Shown here one piece after another: positions 46,277 to 55,459 of a stretch of DNA of 64,000 nucleotides. The DNA comes from a virus. The position numbers were made by a program, and so were the translations under genes. Within the stretch, counting starts at the first letter, position 1, and each line of letters begins with the position of its first letter. Location: the IMG/VR virus record IMGVR_UViG_3300010370_000027; one strand, 5' to 3'. The notes under the pieces were generated by a model. That model was not told the DNA's origin, did no database searches, and saw only the letters and a program-made list of their open reading frames with translations.

Positions 46277-48130
46277 TCAGATAACGTTCATGTCGAGGAC
46301 GGTGACTGTTCCGTAGAAGTCCGAGCGAACGGTCTTCTTACCGTAGCGGGTCATGACGCCCTTGCGAGGTGTGAAGTCCTCAGGAGCGAAGATCGTCGGT
46401 GTGACGATGAGTGGGACGTATGGAGCGTAGACGTAGCCTGTCTCGAGGTAGCTGCCGCCCTTGTAGCCGACGAGGATCTTGTTACGTGAGAAGTAAGGAT
46501 CCTTATAGACCGTGAAGCGGTTCGAGAGGGTACCGACTGCCTCTGCGCCGATGGTGAAGGGCGATCCGACCTGGCCCTCGCCGTCGAGCGAGAACTTAGG
46601 CTTGTAGAGGACCGAGGCCTCGAGGATTGTGCAAACGTCTGGTCCTGTGACGAGGAAGTTTGCCGATCCGCGGAGCGTCTTGCGGTGGATGGTGTTCGCG
46701 ACGTCGATGATCGTCTCGATGAGTGTCTCGTACCACTCGCGAACTGTACCTGTGAACTGTGGTCCGATCTGGTACACGTCTGTGAGTGCCTGGCGAGCGC
46801 CTGTCACCTTGTTAACGAAGCGACCTGGCGAGCGGCTCCAGTAGTAGTTGGCGCCGTTGGCCTGCGACACGAGGTCGTTGAGGATCTCGCGGTCGATTTC
46901 GAGGGCGATCTGCTCCGAGAGGATCGATGTGAGCTCGACTTCAGCGTCCATCGAGTGATAGGCGTTGAGGTCCTGTGCGAGTTCCGGCGACCACTTGGCG
47001 CGGAGCTTACGGGTCTCAGCTGTGATGCTGATGGCCTCGATCTTGATGTCGATCTCAGGGATCACTGGGGCTGGTGTTGCACCGAAGTCCGACTCGAACG
47101 AGGGGACTGTGACTGTGGCGCCGCTGTTTCCGTCGACCGAGAGGGCTGACGAGAGCGAGTACGAAACTGTACCAGCTGCAGCACCGGCTGAAAGAGCTGC
47201 ACCGTTGGCGCCCTTGACGACCGTGAGGACGTGTGTGCCGTTGAGTGCGTCTGGGGTGAAGACCGAACCGCTCCAGTTACCGCGCTTGTTGAGGCGACGG
47301 AGGTTGAGGACTCCATTGCCACCCTGATATGTCTCTCCCCAAGCTGTCGCATTTGTGACACCAGCGAAGAGAGCGAGCTGGTTGACAGCAAGCTTGTCCA
47401 TGTTCGAAAGACCGCTAATATCGACGATTGCGAAGGCCATGTCGAGGTCGTTGTTTGCGAGAGCGTTCTCGACCTGACCGTCGAACTCGGCGAAGCGAGC
47501 GTTCGATCCCGAGAACATTGCAGCAGAAGAAACTTCGAGGTTAGCTGCCCAGGTGTCGCCGTTGACTCCGCCCCAAGCACCGACCGTGAAGGTGAGGCCT
47601 GTTGCAGAACCTGTCACGCGGCTGTAGCCTGTGTTGACGAGGTCGTACATACCACCGGTGGCGAGCGATCCGCTCTGGACGCCTTTGCCGGTCGGGTTGT
47701 TGTAGAGCGACTGTCCGCGTGTGTATGTCGAACCTGTCTCACCAGCTGGTGTTCCGACGTTCGAACCGTAGGTGTAGTCGAGATAGAAGATGAGTCCCGA
47801 TGGGAGGCTCATTGGCTGGATCGAGACGAGCTCGTTGGCAACGAGACCGCCGAAGACTCTGCGAACGATCGGGAAGGCGATGTTCGAGAAGCCCTGGATC
47901 TGACCCGAACCGGCGAGGTTTCCACCGCCGCTCGAGAGAGCGTTGCTCTCCTTGAGGACCTGAGCTGCCTGGTTCTCGAGGAGCTGGGCCATAACCTCGC
48001 GGCGTGTGCCGTCGAGGCCACGGAGGAGTCCTGTGCGGCTCCACTTCTCTGTAAGACGTGCGCGCTCGGCTCCGACGTGCTTCTCGCGGATGCCCTGAGC
48101 GAGTTGTTCAAGACTAAAGTGCTTTGACAT
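46277..48130 (-). CDS. gp23: Major capsid protein (T4 gp23-like)
   Basis: LLENQ; PIVRRVF...VSIQPM..PSGLIFY; TRKLRAKWSPELAQDL.A.H..DAE.EL; YAPYVPL; F.PRKGVMTRY. Confidence 0.95.
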   Translation of the reverse strand: MSKHFSLEQLAQGIREKHVGAERARLTEKWSRTGLLRGLDGTRREVMAQLLENQAAQVLKESNALSSGGGNLAGSGQIQGFSNIAFPIVRRVFGGLVANELVSIQPMSLPSGLIFYLDYTYGSNVGTPAGETGSTYTRGQSLYNNPTGKGVQSGSLATGGMYDLVNTGYSRVTGSATGLTFTVGAWGGVNGDTWAANLEVSSAAMFSGSNARFAEFDGQVENALANNDLDMAFAIVDISGLSNMDKLAVNQLALFAGVTNATAWGETYQGGNGVLNLRRLNKRGNWSGSVFTPDALNGTHVLTVVKGANGAALSAGAAAGTVSYSLSSALSVDGNSGATVTVPSFESDFGATPAPVIPEIDIKIEAISITAETRKLRAKWSPELAQDLNAYHSMDAEVELTSILSEQIALEIDREILNDLVSQANGANYYWSRSPGRFVNKVTGARQALTDVYQIGPQFTGTVREWYETLIETIIDVANTIHRKTLRGSANFLVTGPDVCTILEASVLYKPKFSLDGEGQVGSPFTIGAEAVGTLSNRFTVYKDPYFSRNKILVGYKGGSYLETGYVYAPYVPLIVTPTIFAPEDFTPRKGVMTRYGKKTVRSDFYGTVTVLDMNVI

Positions 48131-48174
48131 GATTAAATTCTCCTAAAATAGTTGGTTGGTTTTAATTGAATCAA

Positions 48175-50163
48175 TTACTTGATTATTCCCGCCAAACGTG
48201 CCCAACGGTCAGACTCAAATCCCTCGTTGAGAGTATTGGTTGCCGATGCAGGACGTGCTGGGCGAGATGCTGAACCTATGACGCCACGATCGGTCGACTC
48301 CGTGATCTTCGTTGTCGATGCCGAGAGTGTCTTCACGAGGCTCTCATACACGAGCTTCACTTCACGCTCAGACTTAGCCTCGTCGAGTCTCTCTATGATT
48401 TCAGCCTTCTGGCGTTTTGTGAGTGACTCATTCTGGAGGAGCTTGTTTGTGAAGAGCAACTTCGCGTTGAACAGATTCGTTTCTGCCAACTTATTGCGGA
48501 GATCAGTCTCTGCCGCGGACGACTTCGGAGCGCCATTGAGGGCCTCTCCCTTGCGGGTTGCCTCTGCGAGCATACCCTTGAGCTTGTTGCAGCGAGCAAC
48601 AGACTCGTTAAACTTGGTTGCGAAGAAGTTGTAGGCCTCCTGCATCTTCTTAGCCTGCTTCTTAGCCTGCTGCTTCTCCTGCATCTTCTTAGCCTGGGAA
48701 GCCTTCTTCTGGGCTTCCATCTGCTTCTTCTTGGCCTGCGTAGCCTTCTTCTTGGCTTCCGTCTGAAGATTTGCCTCTGCAGCGAGCTTTCGCTTGATCG
48801 ATTCTACAGGCATATCAGGCTGAACATTTGGCTGCATAACCTTGGGATCATGTCCTGGGTGGGAGCGACGCTTCTCAGATTGATCCATGCCACCGTAGGC
48901 TTGATCCATCTCTGACTCATCCATCTCAGCTTCGTCTTGCTCGTCCATTTCTTCTGCCTCTGACCAAGCCTGATCAAGTTCGTCGAGTTCTTCCTGAGCG
49001 TCTTGCTCGTCCATCTTCTTGTCGTCAGAATCCTCTTCGGACTCTGTGGTTAGCTCGACGTCAGTGAAGGGATCACCAAGATCGTCGTCTTCAAAATCAT
49101 CAGAAACTTCGCCTGGACCGTGGCCCTTTTCAGCATTCTTTGGCATATCAGTCGCCTCGCGGATCGACTTCATGCGTGCAATCTCACGACGGAGCATTCC
49201 CTCGTCTATTTCAACGATTGTGTCGTCGCTGAGAGTCTTCGACTCGAGAGCAAACGATTCTTCCTGTGTCTCTTCTTCATCACCGCCGAGATCAAGGTCG
49301 GCATCTTCTGACTCATCAGAACTTTCGTCTCCGAGGTCAAGCTCTTCGCCGCCCTCGTCGCCACCTGCTTCTTCAGCTTCGGCGCCGGACTCCTCACCCT
49401 CTTCGTCACCTGTGATAAGATCAACGCCGAGAGATTCGAGATCCAGATCATCGGGCATGCCCGTGAGCTTTAATGTTACGTCTGCTTCTGAAAGTGTTTT
49501 GTGGTTTTTCTTCATTTTCTGCTCCGTGAGCTGCTTGAGGGTTGAATAATAATTTTCAAGAATCGACTCATAAGAGCTCTTCTTGGGGCAATCCTGCAGG
49601 TTATTCTGCAAGTACGAATACGTATCCTCTACTTCAGCAACAATTGAAGAAAGTACGTCTTCAAAACCTTTAGATTCTCTAACAAGCTTTCCAGTCTTGC
49701 TGACTAAATCAATTTTCTTGTTGAGACCTTCCATCTTGACGTCGAAATTCGAATCACCAGATGAAGCCATTAAAACTCCGAGAGAATTAGCAGATTCTAG
49801 ACTAAGCTCATACTCATTTCCGCAGCCATCGTCAGCCTTGAGTGCATCTAAGTCGAGAGTAACCTTTCCTTCCTCATCAGGAAGAGACATTGCTACCGCA
49901 GAAGAAGCTGCGTCTCCTACCTGAGGAGCTGCGGTGACAGGTGCAGTCTCAAAAGAATCAGGAGAAACAAGCGTGTTTTCGTCCTTTAAAATGTCTTCTG
50001 GGTCTGCTTCCATCTCTCCGAGCTCGCCGAGCAGTTGATTCTCGATGAGATCTCTTATTCGAGGTGTAACTGCCTCAAGAAGTGCTCTTTTTGCGTTATC
50101 TTCAGCTACTTCCTTCAGCTTCTTCACGTCTGCTAAGGCTTCTTCGTACAATTGCTTAGTCAT
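48175..50163 (-). CDS. Prohead core / scaffolding protein
   Basis: Very acidic coiled coil directly upstream of the capsid gene; many (L/I/M)xE sites; ends RWARLAGI. Confidence 0.75.
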   Translation of the reverse strand: MTKQLYEEALADVKKLKEVAEDNAKRALLEAVTPRIRDLIENQLLGELGEMEADPEDILKDENTLVSPDSFETAPVTAAPQVGDAASSAVAMSLPDEEGKVTLDLDALKADDGCGNEYELSLESANSLGVLMASSGDSNFDVKMEGLNKKIDLVSKTGKLVRESKGFEDVLSSIVAEVEDTYSYLQNNLQDCPKKSSYESILENYYSTLKQLTEQKMKKNHKTLSEADVTLKLTGMPDDLDLESLGVDLITGDEEGEESGAEAEEAGGDEGGEELDLGDESSDESEDADLDLGGDEEETQEESFALESKTLSDDTIVEIDEGMLRREIARMKSIREATDMPKNAEKGHGPGEVSDDFEDDDLGDPFTDVELTTESEEDSDDKKMDEQDAQEELDELDQAWSEAEEMDEQDEAEMDESEMDQAYGGMDQSEKRRSHPGHDPKVMQPNVQPDMPVESIKRKLAAEANLQTEAKKKATQAKKKQMEAQKKASQAKKMQEKQQAKKQAKKMQEAYNFFATKFNESVARCNKLKGMLAEATRKGEALNGAPKSSAAETDLRNKLAETNLFNAKLLFTNKLLQNESLTKRQKAEIIERLDEAKSEREVKLVYESLVKTLSASTTKITESTDRGVIGSASRPARPASATNTLNEGFESDRWARLAGIIK

Positions 50164-50210
50164 GTTTACTCTTTCTTGCGTCTAACTGTTAACCATCTCT
50201 AAGTATAATA

Positions 50211-50774
50211 TCAAATCGAGGATTTTCCAGGCGTAAGTGAATCTCCTAACACAGTATTGACACTTTCTTCACTTGGAGAACGTGTACCAGATCCCTCTGC
50301 TCCTGGTGTGTAGTTTGGTTTGATCTCACTTGGGGAAATATCAGGATTTGAATTTTTATCTATGCCGTCCACTCTAACAGTTCCAGGAGCTCCTGGGCCG
50401 GGGGATGTGACATCAGGTACGTATGGATTGGCAGGATCTCCAGGATTTCTCCAGGACACATCTGCGAGATTTGGCGCCTTTCCGTAAGTGAGATCAACAC
50501 CCGATGGGAACATGCCCAAATCACCTGTCTGCATGCCAGACTCAGGAAGAAGTCCGTTCTGGTTATCTCTCGCTCTTTTTACGACAGATTCTGCGGCTTT
50601 TCCGTTCTCAGTCTGTGGATTAGAAGACTCTCCATAAAAACTAGCAATTCCTGATCTAAGGGCATTTGCCTTTTGATTGAAGAGTTTCCACAAAAGAGAA
50701 TAGCGCGAACCAGCACTCGTAGTAGTGGCTGCGGGAACATAAGTTGTATATCTACCTTTACCTGGTGCGCTCAT
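50211..50774 (-). CDS. Pro/Gly-rich hypothetical head-module protein
   Basis: 187 aa; AGGAG RBS. Confidence 0.55.
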   Translation of the reverse strand: MSAPGKGRYTTYVPAATTTSAGSRYSLLWKLFNQKANALRSGIASFYGESSNPQTENGKAAESVVKRARDNQNGLLPESGMQTGDLGMFPSGVDLTYGKAPNLADVSWRNPGDPANPYVPDVTSPGPGAPGTVRVDGIDKNSNPDISPSEIKPNYTPGAEGSGTRSPSEESVNTVLGDSLTPGKSSI

Positions 50775-50795
50775 TGGACTGCTCCTGTTGACAAA

Positions 50796-51041
50796 TTAAA
50801 TCTTCTTCGAAAGACGCTTCTTCGTCTCTTCGATCTTCGCGAGACGACGACGAAGACGAGTCTCCTCGATCTTAAGCGCCTTCATAAAATCAATGTGCTT
50901 CGCTGCAACCTTTTCGCTTCCGACCTCGTCAGCGTCGACCTCTTCTGTGTCTTTTGCTCGTTCTTCTGTCGACTCCATGTCGCCGAACTTGGCAACTTCC
51001 TCTTCAATGATTCTACGAAGTAACTGGCTTGTAAGTTTCAT
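50796..51041 (-). CDS. Small protein with putative capsid-targeting N-terminus
   Basis: Start MKLTSQLLRRIIEEE at 51041; GAGAGGA RBS. Confidence 0.6.
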   Translation of the reverse strand: MKLTSQLLRRIIEEEVAKFGDMESTEERAKDTEEVDADEVGSEKVAAKHIDFMKALKIEETRLRRRLAKIEETKKRLSKKI

Positions 51042-51091
51042 ATCAAAAAATCCTCTCACTTAAACGGTAAGTATATTCAAGAAGAAAAAAT

Positions 51092-51517
51092 TTACTTTTT
51101 TAGAGGTGAATCCATGAAAGCAAGTGATGCCCACTTGGATGTTACATCATCTCCAAAAAGGTCTTCCGGGTTTGCCCTGGCGACGACCTGTTCAACTAAT
51201 CCCCCACCTGCTGCTGCAGGAACGGGTGATTTTCCGTCGTTCTGCAAAAATGCAGGAAGTGTAGAAGCTGCAGTATCTGCAAAGATGTCTTCCATCACTT
51301 TATTTCCTCCTGCCTCTCTCCTTATTGTCTCTTTTAAACTAGGAGAAAACATCTTTTGAGGAGGTGGTTGCCTTCTAAGATTGTCTGAAAGAGGCGCGCT
51401 TGGCTGACGATTCACAACACTTTTTGGAGAGTCAGCATTTAAACCCAGGCCTTCACCCAATATTTCAACAAGGCATTCTTTGACAATAGATTTTAATTCA
51501 GATTTTGTGATCTTCAT
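51092..51517 (-). CDS. Hypothetical head-module protein with putative capsid-targeting N-terminus
   Basis: Start MKITKSELKSIVKECLVEILGEG. Confidence 0.6.
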   Translation of the reverse strand: MKITKSELKSIVKECLVEILGEGLGLNADSPKSVVNRQPSAPLSDNLRRQPPPQKMFSPSLKETIRREAGGNKVMEDIFADTAASTLPAFLQNDGKSPVPAAAGGGLVEQVVARANPEDLFGDDVTSKWASLAFMDSPLKK

Positions 51518-51529
51518 CCCGTTCAACCT

Positions 51530-52141
51530 TTACTTCTTTAATGTCAAAATATCGTTAACAATTCTATCAATTCTATCCGACTTATTGAATATGTTTCTTA
51601 ATTCATTCGAATTAATGGTCCTACCCTCAGGAAGCATAAATGCTCCGGGCGTAGAAGGCTCTGAAACGTAGTCCCAACAGATTAGCTGGAAGTCATCTTG
51701 AACGATGTGATAGTCACCTTGCTTCTTGACTGATCCTACACCTCGCGAGGAGATTCCGAGCTTGACTCCGCTCTCGACGAGGGACTGAAGTATCTTGCCA
51801 GAAGGTGTATCCAATAGCTCCACAGTACCATAAACCACCCCTCGATCCAGGTATGCTTCCTTAATGACGTGAGACACGTTCTTGAGGTTGACCACGGATG
51901 AGTCCGGGTGGTCCAACTCACCGAGAGCGCGGTTCTCAGCGATGAACTTCTGATAGTTACGGACTTCACGCTCGAGAACAGCCATCGGGTAGATGCGACC
52001 GTTCTGGTTGAGTGTGTCGGCCTTCTGAAGGATTCCCTTCATCATGACCTTACCGTTGTTCTTCTCCCGCGACTCCTTGATCATTTCAGGAGTGTAGTCG
52101 AAGACTTCGTATGAATTGAGTAGCTTGAGGTCTTGTGCCAT
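51530..52141 (-). CDS. gp21: Prohead protease (T4 gp21-like)
   Basis: N.NGRIYP; RALGELDHP; VSH; TPSGKI; LGISSRGVGS; D.VSEPSTPGAF. Confidence 0.92.
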   Translation of the reverse strand: MAQDLKLLNSYEVFDYTPEMIKESREKNNGKVMMKGILQKADTLNQNGRIYPMAVLEREVRNYQKFIAENRALGELDHPDSSVVNLKNVSHVIKEAYLDRGVVYGTVELLDTPSGKILQSLVESGVKLGISSRGVGSVKKQGDYHIVQDDFQLICWDYVSEPSTPGAFMLPEGRTINSNELRNIFNKSDRIDRIVNDILTLKK

Positions 52142-52146
52142 GGTGT

Positions 52147-53001
52147 TCACTCCTTAGATGCCAGTTCGTCGTTGAGTTTTGCGTAGAGCATGAATCGGGT
52201 AACTGTCGAGTCGTCGATTGAATCAAGATTCTCTTCGAGGAGAACGTTCTTTGTCTCAGAGAGTTTGTTCTTGAGGTAATCGTTCTGCACTTCTGACTCG
52301 TAGCCATCGATGAGTCCAACAAGATCATTCTTTATTTCTTGCAGCTTCATCTTTATTGAAGTTTGATCGTCTGACGCTGTCGAATACGCGTAAGCTTTGA
52401 TGAGAGACTTCTGATGCTCGTTAAGAACACCGTTGTACTTCTCATTGAGCTTCTTGGTCATGACTTTCATGAGAAGTCTTGCAGATCCTGAAGTATCTTC
52501 TGAAATTGAAGTATCTGGTTTCTGTACCTTTTCTGAAACAAGATGCTTCATGATGTGGTCTTCATACTGAGCAACCCTGTAGAGGTCCTTGTCAGACATA
52601 GTCCACTCGTTAATGAGGGTCTGAATTGTGGCAAAGAGTCTGTATTCGCTGATGTGCTGATCATAAAAGTCTTCATCATTCAAAATGTGATTGATGTTTC
52701 GAATGAGAATTGACTTCTCCCTATCAAGTTTTTGAATATCAAAAGAACCTACTGCGTTTTTTGCTTCACTCAAAATTGAAGCCGCTGTGTGCTCAGAGGC
52801 AACTGTAGTCTTTACGAGAGCGTTCATTAGACGAAATTCTTTGTAAATTTCTGTGCCTTGTCTAAAGTGCTTCTTTAAGATCTTGAGGGCGGCGGAAGAC
52901 TTTTTCTTGTTATCTTCTATGATTGACTTAGAAATAGTCCTCACGAGAAACTCGTATATGAGGAGGCTGTTTCTTCTCTTGTTATGCTTATTTGCGGCCA
53001 T
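52147..53001 (-). CDS. Hypothetical head-module protein
   Basis: 284 aa, between portal and protease; begins KHNKRRN...YEFLVR. Confidence 0.6.
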   Translation of the reverse strand: MAANKHNKRRNSLLIYEFLVRTISKSIIEDNKKKSSAALKILKKHFRQGTEIYKEFRLMNALVKTTVASEHTAASILSEAKNAVGSFDIQKLDREKSILIRNINHILNDEDFYDQHISEYRLFATIQTLINEWTMSDKDLYRVAQYEDHIMKHLVSEKVQKPDTSISEDTSGSARLLMKVMTKKLNEKYNGVLNEHQKSLIKAYAYSTASDDQTSIKMKLQEIKNDLVGLIDGYESEVQNDYLKNKLSETKNVLLEENLDSIDDSTVTRFMLYAKLNDELASKE

Positions 53002-53002
53002 T

Positions 53003-55012
53003 TCATTTGCTCCCGTCGTCGTCTATTATGAGGACTTCTCTATGTTCGCGTGCGTCTGCCTCATCAAAATTATCTGATTCGCTGAGGACTTGTGGAGTTT
53101 GTGTAGAATTTTTAGTATTTTTTTGAAACTTTGAAGACAGAGACATGTTTCTCAAAGAAGAAATAACGTCATTTCCAACGGGCGTCTTATGTGATGTCTT
53201 GTTGGCAGATTCTCCAAAGGGATTTCTTACGTAAGAATTCATCCATTCTCTGTCGTAAGGATCAGAGTAATTTTTGTCATTTGCTCTTGTCATTCTATTG
53301 AAGTCAGGAGAATGAGTCTTAGAAGGTCCGTGATGTCTGATCCTAGATCTATTGTAGAGAGCTCGGTCGAGTTGCTTTTGAGCCTTCACAGGTACTTCGA
53401 CATCCTTTAAAGAAAATTTAACTGGGACGTCGTCGTCATCTGGGTCTTCTCCGGCAGTGAGGAGATCAAGATAAGGATTCTTCTGAGAAGCGTCGTCTCC
53501 TGCAAAGAGATCTTCTGCTTCCCCGCCTTCTTCCTCGCCTGCCTCAGGCTCTTCGGTATCTTCAGGCTCCTCTGATGATTCACTGCCAGAATCAGGCTCA
53601 GCACTTTCTATGGCCTGATCTACAAGTTTCTCTCTAAGGCGTTGATCATCAATTTCCTTGCACTGATCGTCATTAAGTCCCCAAATCTCCTTGCGGATAA
53701 ATTCCTTAGACATCTGACCTTCAGGTGCAGTACCTGCAATCTCGAACTTAGATCTCCACAATTCCAACTTCTGCTGCTGAGCAACAGTCGATGGATTGGA
53801 CATACGCAAAGCAAAATTCTGCAGATCTTCAGAATCAAAGCCATGTGCATAAAGATGAATTATTGCCAATTTATTAAGCTCAGCAACAATTGTCTTTTGA
53901 ATAACGTTGATAGTCCTGGAAAATCTGATGTCTTCCTGAGCAAGTGTTGCTTTGCTTGAAAGAGATTCGTCATAACCGAGATATGCACGTGGAATCTTAA
54001 GGGCTGCAAAGAGCTTCTTCTGAATGTAGGCCACATCTTCAACAGCCGCAGTGTTCTGACCGCCTGCAAGTGTATCGATTCTCGTACCGGAATCTCCGCC
54101 GCGGACAGGTATAAAATAGTCCTCATCGACAGAAAGTGGGTTGTAACGAAGATCGACTCGACCTGTTGAACGATCAATGACTTGTGAGGAACGAAGGTTC
54201 TTCCTTTGCTCCTCGACGTACATAGGAACGTTCTCAGGCGGTATGTTGGCCACGTCGATGTAGAAGACGCGCCTTTCTGGTGCGCGAACAACTCGGTAGA
54301 CCAGCATGGCGTCCTCGATGAGGATCAATTGACGCCAAATCCTGCGGGCGGGTTCGATCACTGAGGAGCCATAGGGAAGAAACATGTCGTTTCCCAAGAG
54401 CCTGAAGTGTGTAACCTCCCAGTTCTCCAGCGTTCTATTGCCGAGAGTGACCCATCGGTAACGAACTGCCATGGGATCGCTAGGATCGTAGTTCTCCTCG
54501 CGCTCGATCTCGTTCACCGGGATGGGGAAAGCACTGATGACACCATGCTCCGGTGACACGTCGTTATAGAGGAACATGTCACCGTACTTGACAAGATTTC
54601 TTACCCAGGACCTGAGGTTGAACTCCACATTGAGTGTGTTGTAGAAGAGGTCCTCAAGAATCTCTCTGATCTTCTCGTTATCCGAGTAGATGTGGAGGAC
54701 TCGTCCCTTCTCGTCCTGTGCACATGTCTCGTCAGCATAGATGTCCAGGGCCGCCGCCAATTCAGGAGTGTATTCCATCTCAGCGAAATCTTGATAACGC
54801 ATGAGACGCTCTGAAAGATTGTAGGCATTAGCCGTTATAGTGGCATATGTTGGCGCCATCGACTTCTGAAATAACAAAGCTCCACTGCTCTTTGTTTTAT
54901 CTGCCACAGCAACAGTAGTATCGAGCGCCCTGATCTTTCTCTTGACAACAGGACCACTTCGAAATAGCTTTGTTAATTTCTGAAAGATGTTTTGGTCTTC
55001 TTTTTTCGCCAT
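53003..55012 (-). CDS. gp20: Portal protein (T4 gp20-like)
   Basis: QLILIEDAMLVYRVVRAPERRVFYIDVAN; EDYFIPVRG; IDTLAGG; LFAALKIP. Confidence 0.93.
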   Translation of the reverse strand: MAKKEDQNIFQKLTKLFRSGPVVKRKIRALDTTVAVADKTKSSGALLFQKSMAPTYATITANAYNLSERLMRYQDFAEMEYTPELAAALDIYADETCAQDEKGRVLHIYSDNEKIREILEDLFYNTLNVEFNLRSWVRNLVKYGDMFLYNDVSPEHGVISAFPIPVNEIEREENYDPSDPMAVRYRWVTLGNRTLENWEVTHFRLLGNDMFLPYGSSVIEPARRIWRQLILIEDAMLVYRVVRAPERRVFYIDVANIPPENVPMYVEEQRKNLRSSQVIDRSTGRVDLRYNPLSVDEDYFIPVRGGDSGTRIDTLAGGQNTAAVEDVAYIQKKLFAALKIPRAYLGYDESLSSKATLAQEDIRFSRTINVIQKTIVAELNKLAIIHLYAHGFDSEDLQNFALRMSNPSTVAQQQKLELWRSKFEIAGTAPEGQMSKEFIRKEIWGLNDDQCKEIDDQRLREKLVDQAIESAEPDSGSESSEEPEDTEEPEAGEEEGGEAEDLFAGDDASQKNPYLDLLTAGEDPDDDDVPVKFSLKDVEVPVKAQKQLDRALYNRSRIRHHGPSKTHSPDFNRMTRANDKNYSDPYDREWMNSYVRNPFGESANKTSHKTPVGNDVISSLRNMSLSSKFQKNTKNSTQTPQVLSESDNFDEADAREHREVLIIDDDGSK

Positions 55013-55070
55013 TTTATTCTCGCTGATCCATTAAGGGATCAGCCCTAAGTTTTTTTAAAATACAACAAAA

Positions 55071-55361
55071 TTACTTCTGCGCTTTAAGAGTTACTTTTTG
55101 CGCTGAAGGTTTTGTTGCATCGACATATTGCATCGGAGAGGCAACAATTCTATTGAGAATCTGCTCTAGGCCATCAAGATTTCCTCCAAGCTCGGCCTTA
55201 GCTTTTTCGCTAGCGCTCTCCTTAAAAGACTCGATAGCTCCTAAAAGTTTGGTAGCAGCTCCCATAATCTTAGAGGCAGAGTCATGGTCTGCGCCTTCAT
55301 TAAGAGACTCTATCTCTTCGCGAATTATTCTCTTAAGAGTATTTAGATTAATCTTTGACAT
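55071..55361 (-). CDS. Small protein with putative capsid-targeting N-terminus
   Basis: Begins MSKINLNTLKRIIREEIESLNEG. Confidence 0.6.
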   Translation of the reverse strand: MSKINLNTLKRIIREEIESLNEGADHDSASKIMGAATKLLGAIESFKESASEKAKAELGGNLDGLEQILNRIVASPMQYVDATKPSAQKVTLKAQK

Positions 55362-55459
55362 GTTTCCTCTGATCAGATATGTTAAATAATAGATCTTCAG
55401 CCCTTTTAAACGAGCAATTTCTATTTATGAACTTAATCTTTAAAAACAACAACGACAAG

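Noticed and set aside
1729-48634. Many antisense or alternative-frame ORFs in the track (for example Pro-rich 1729..2163, 23960..24535, 26009..26731, 47231..48127)
   Set aside because: They are shadows of Gly/Thr/Val-rich or codon-biased real genes and have no RBS or recognisable motifs.
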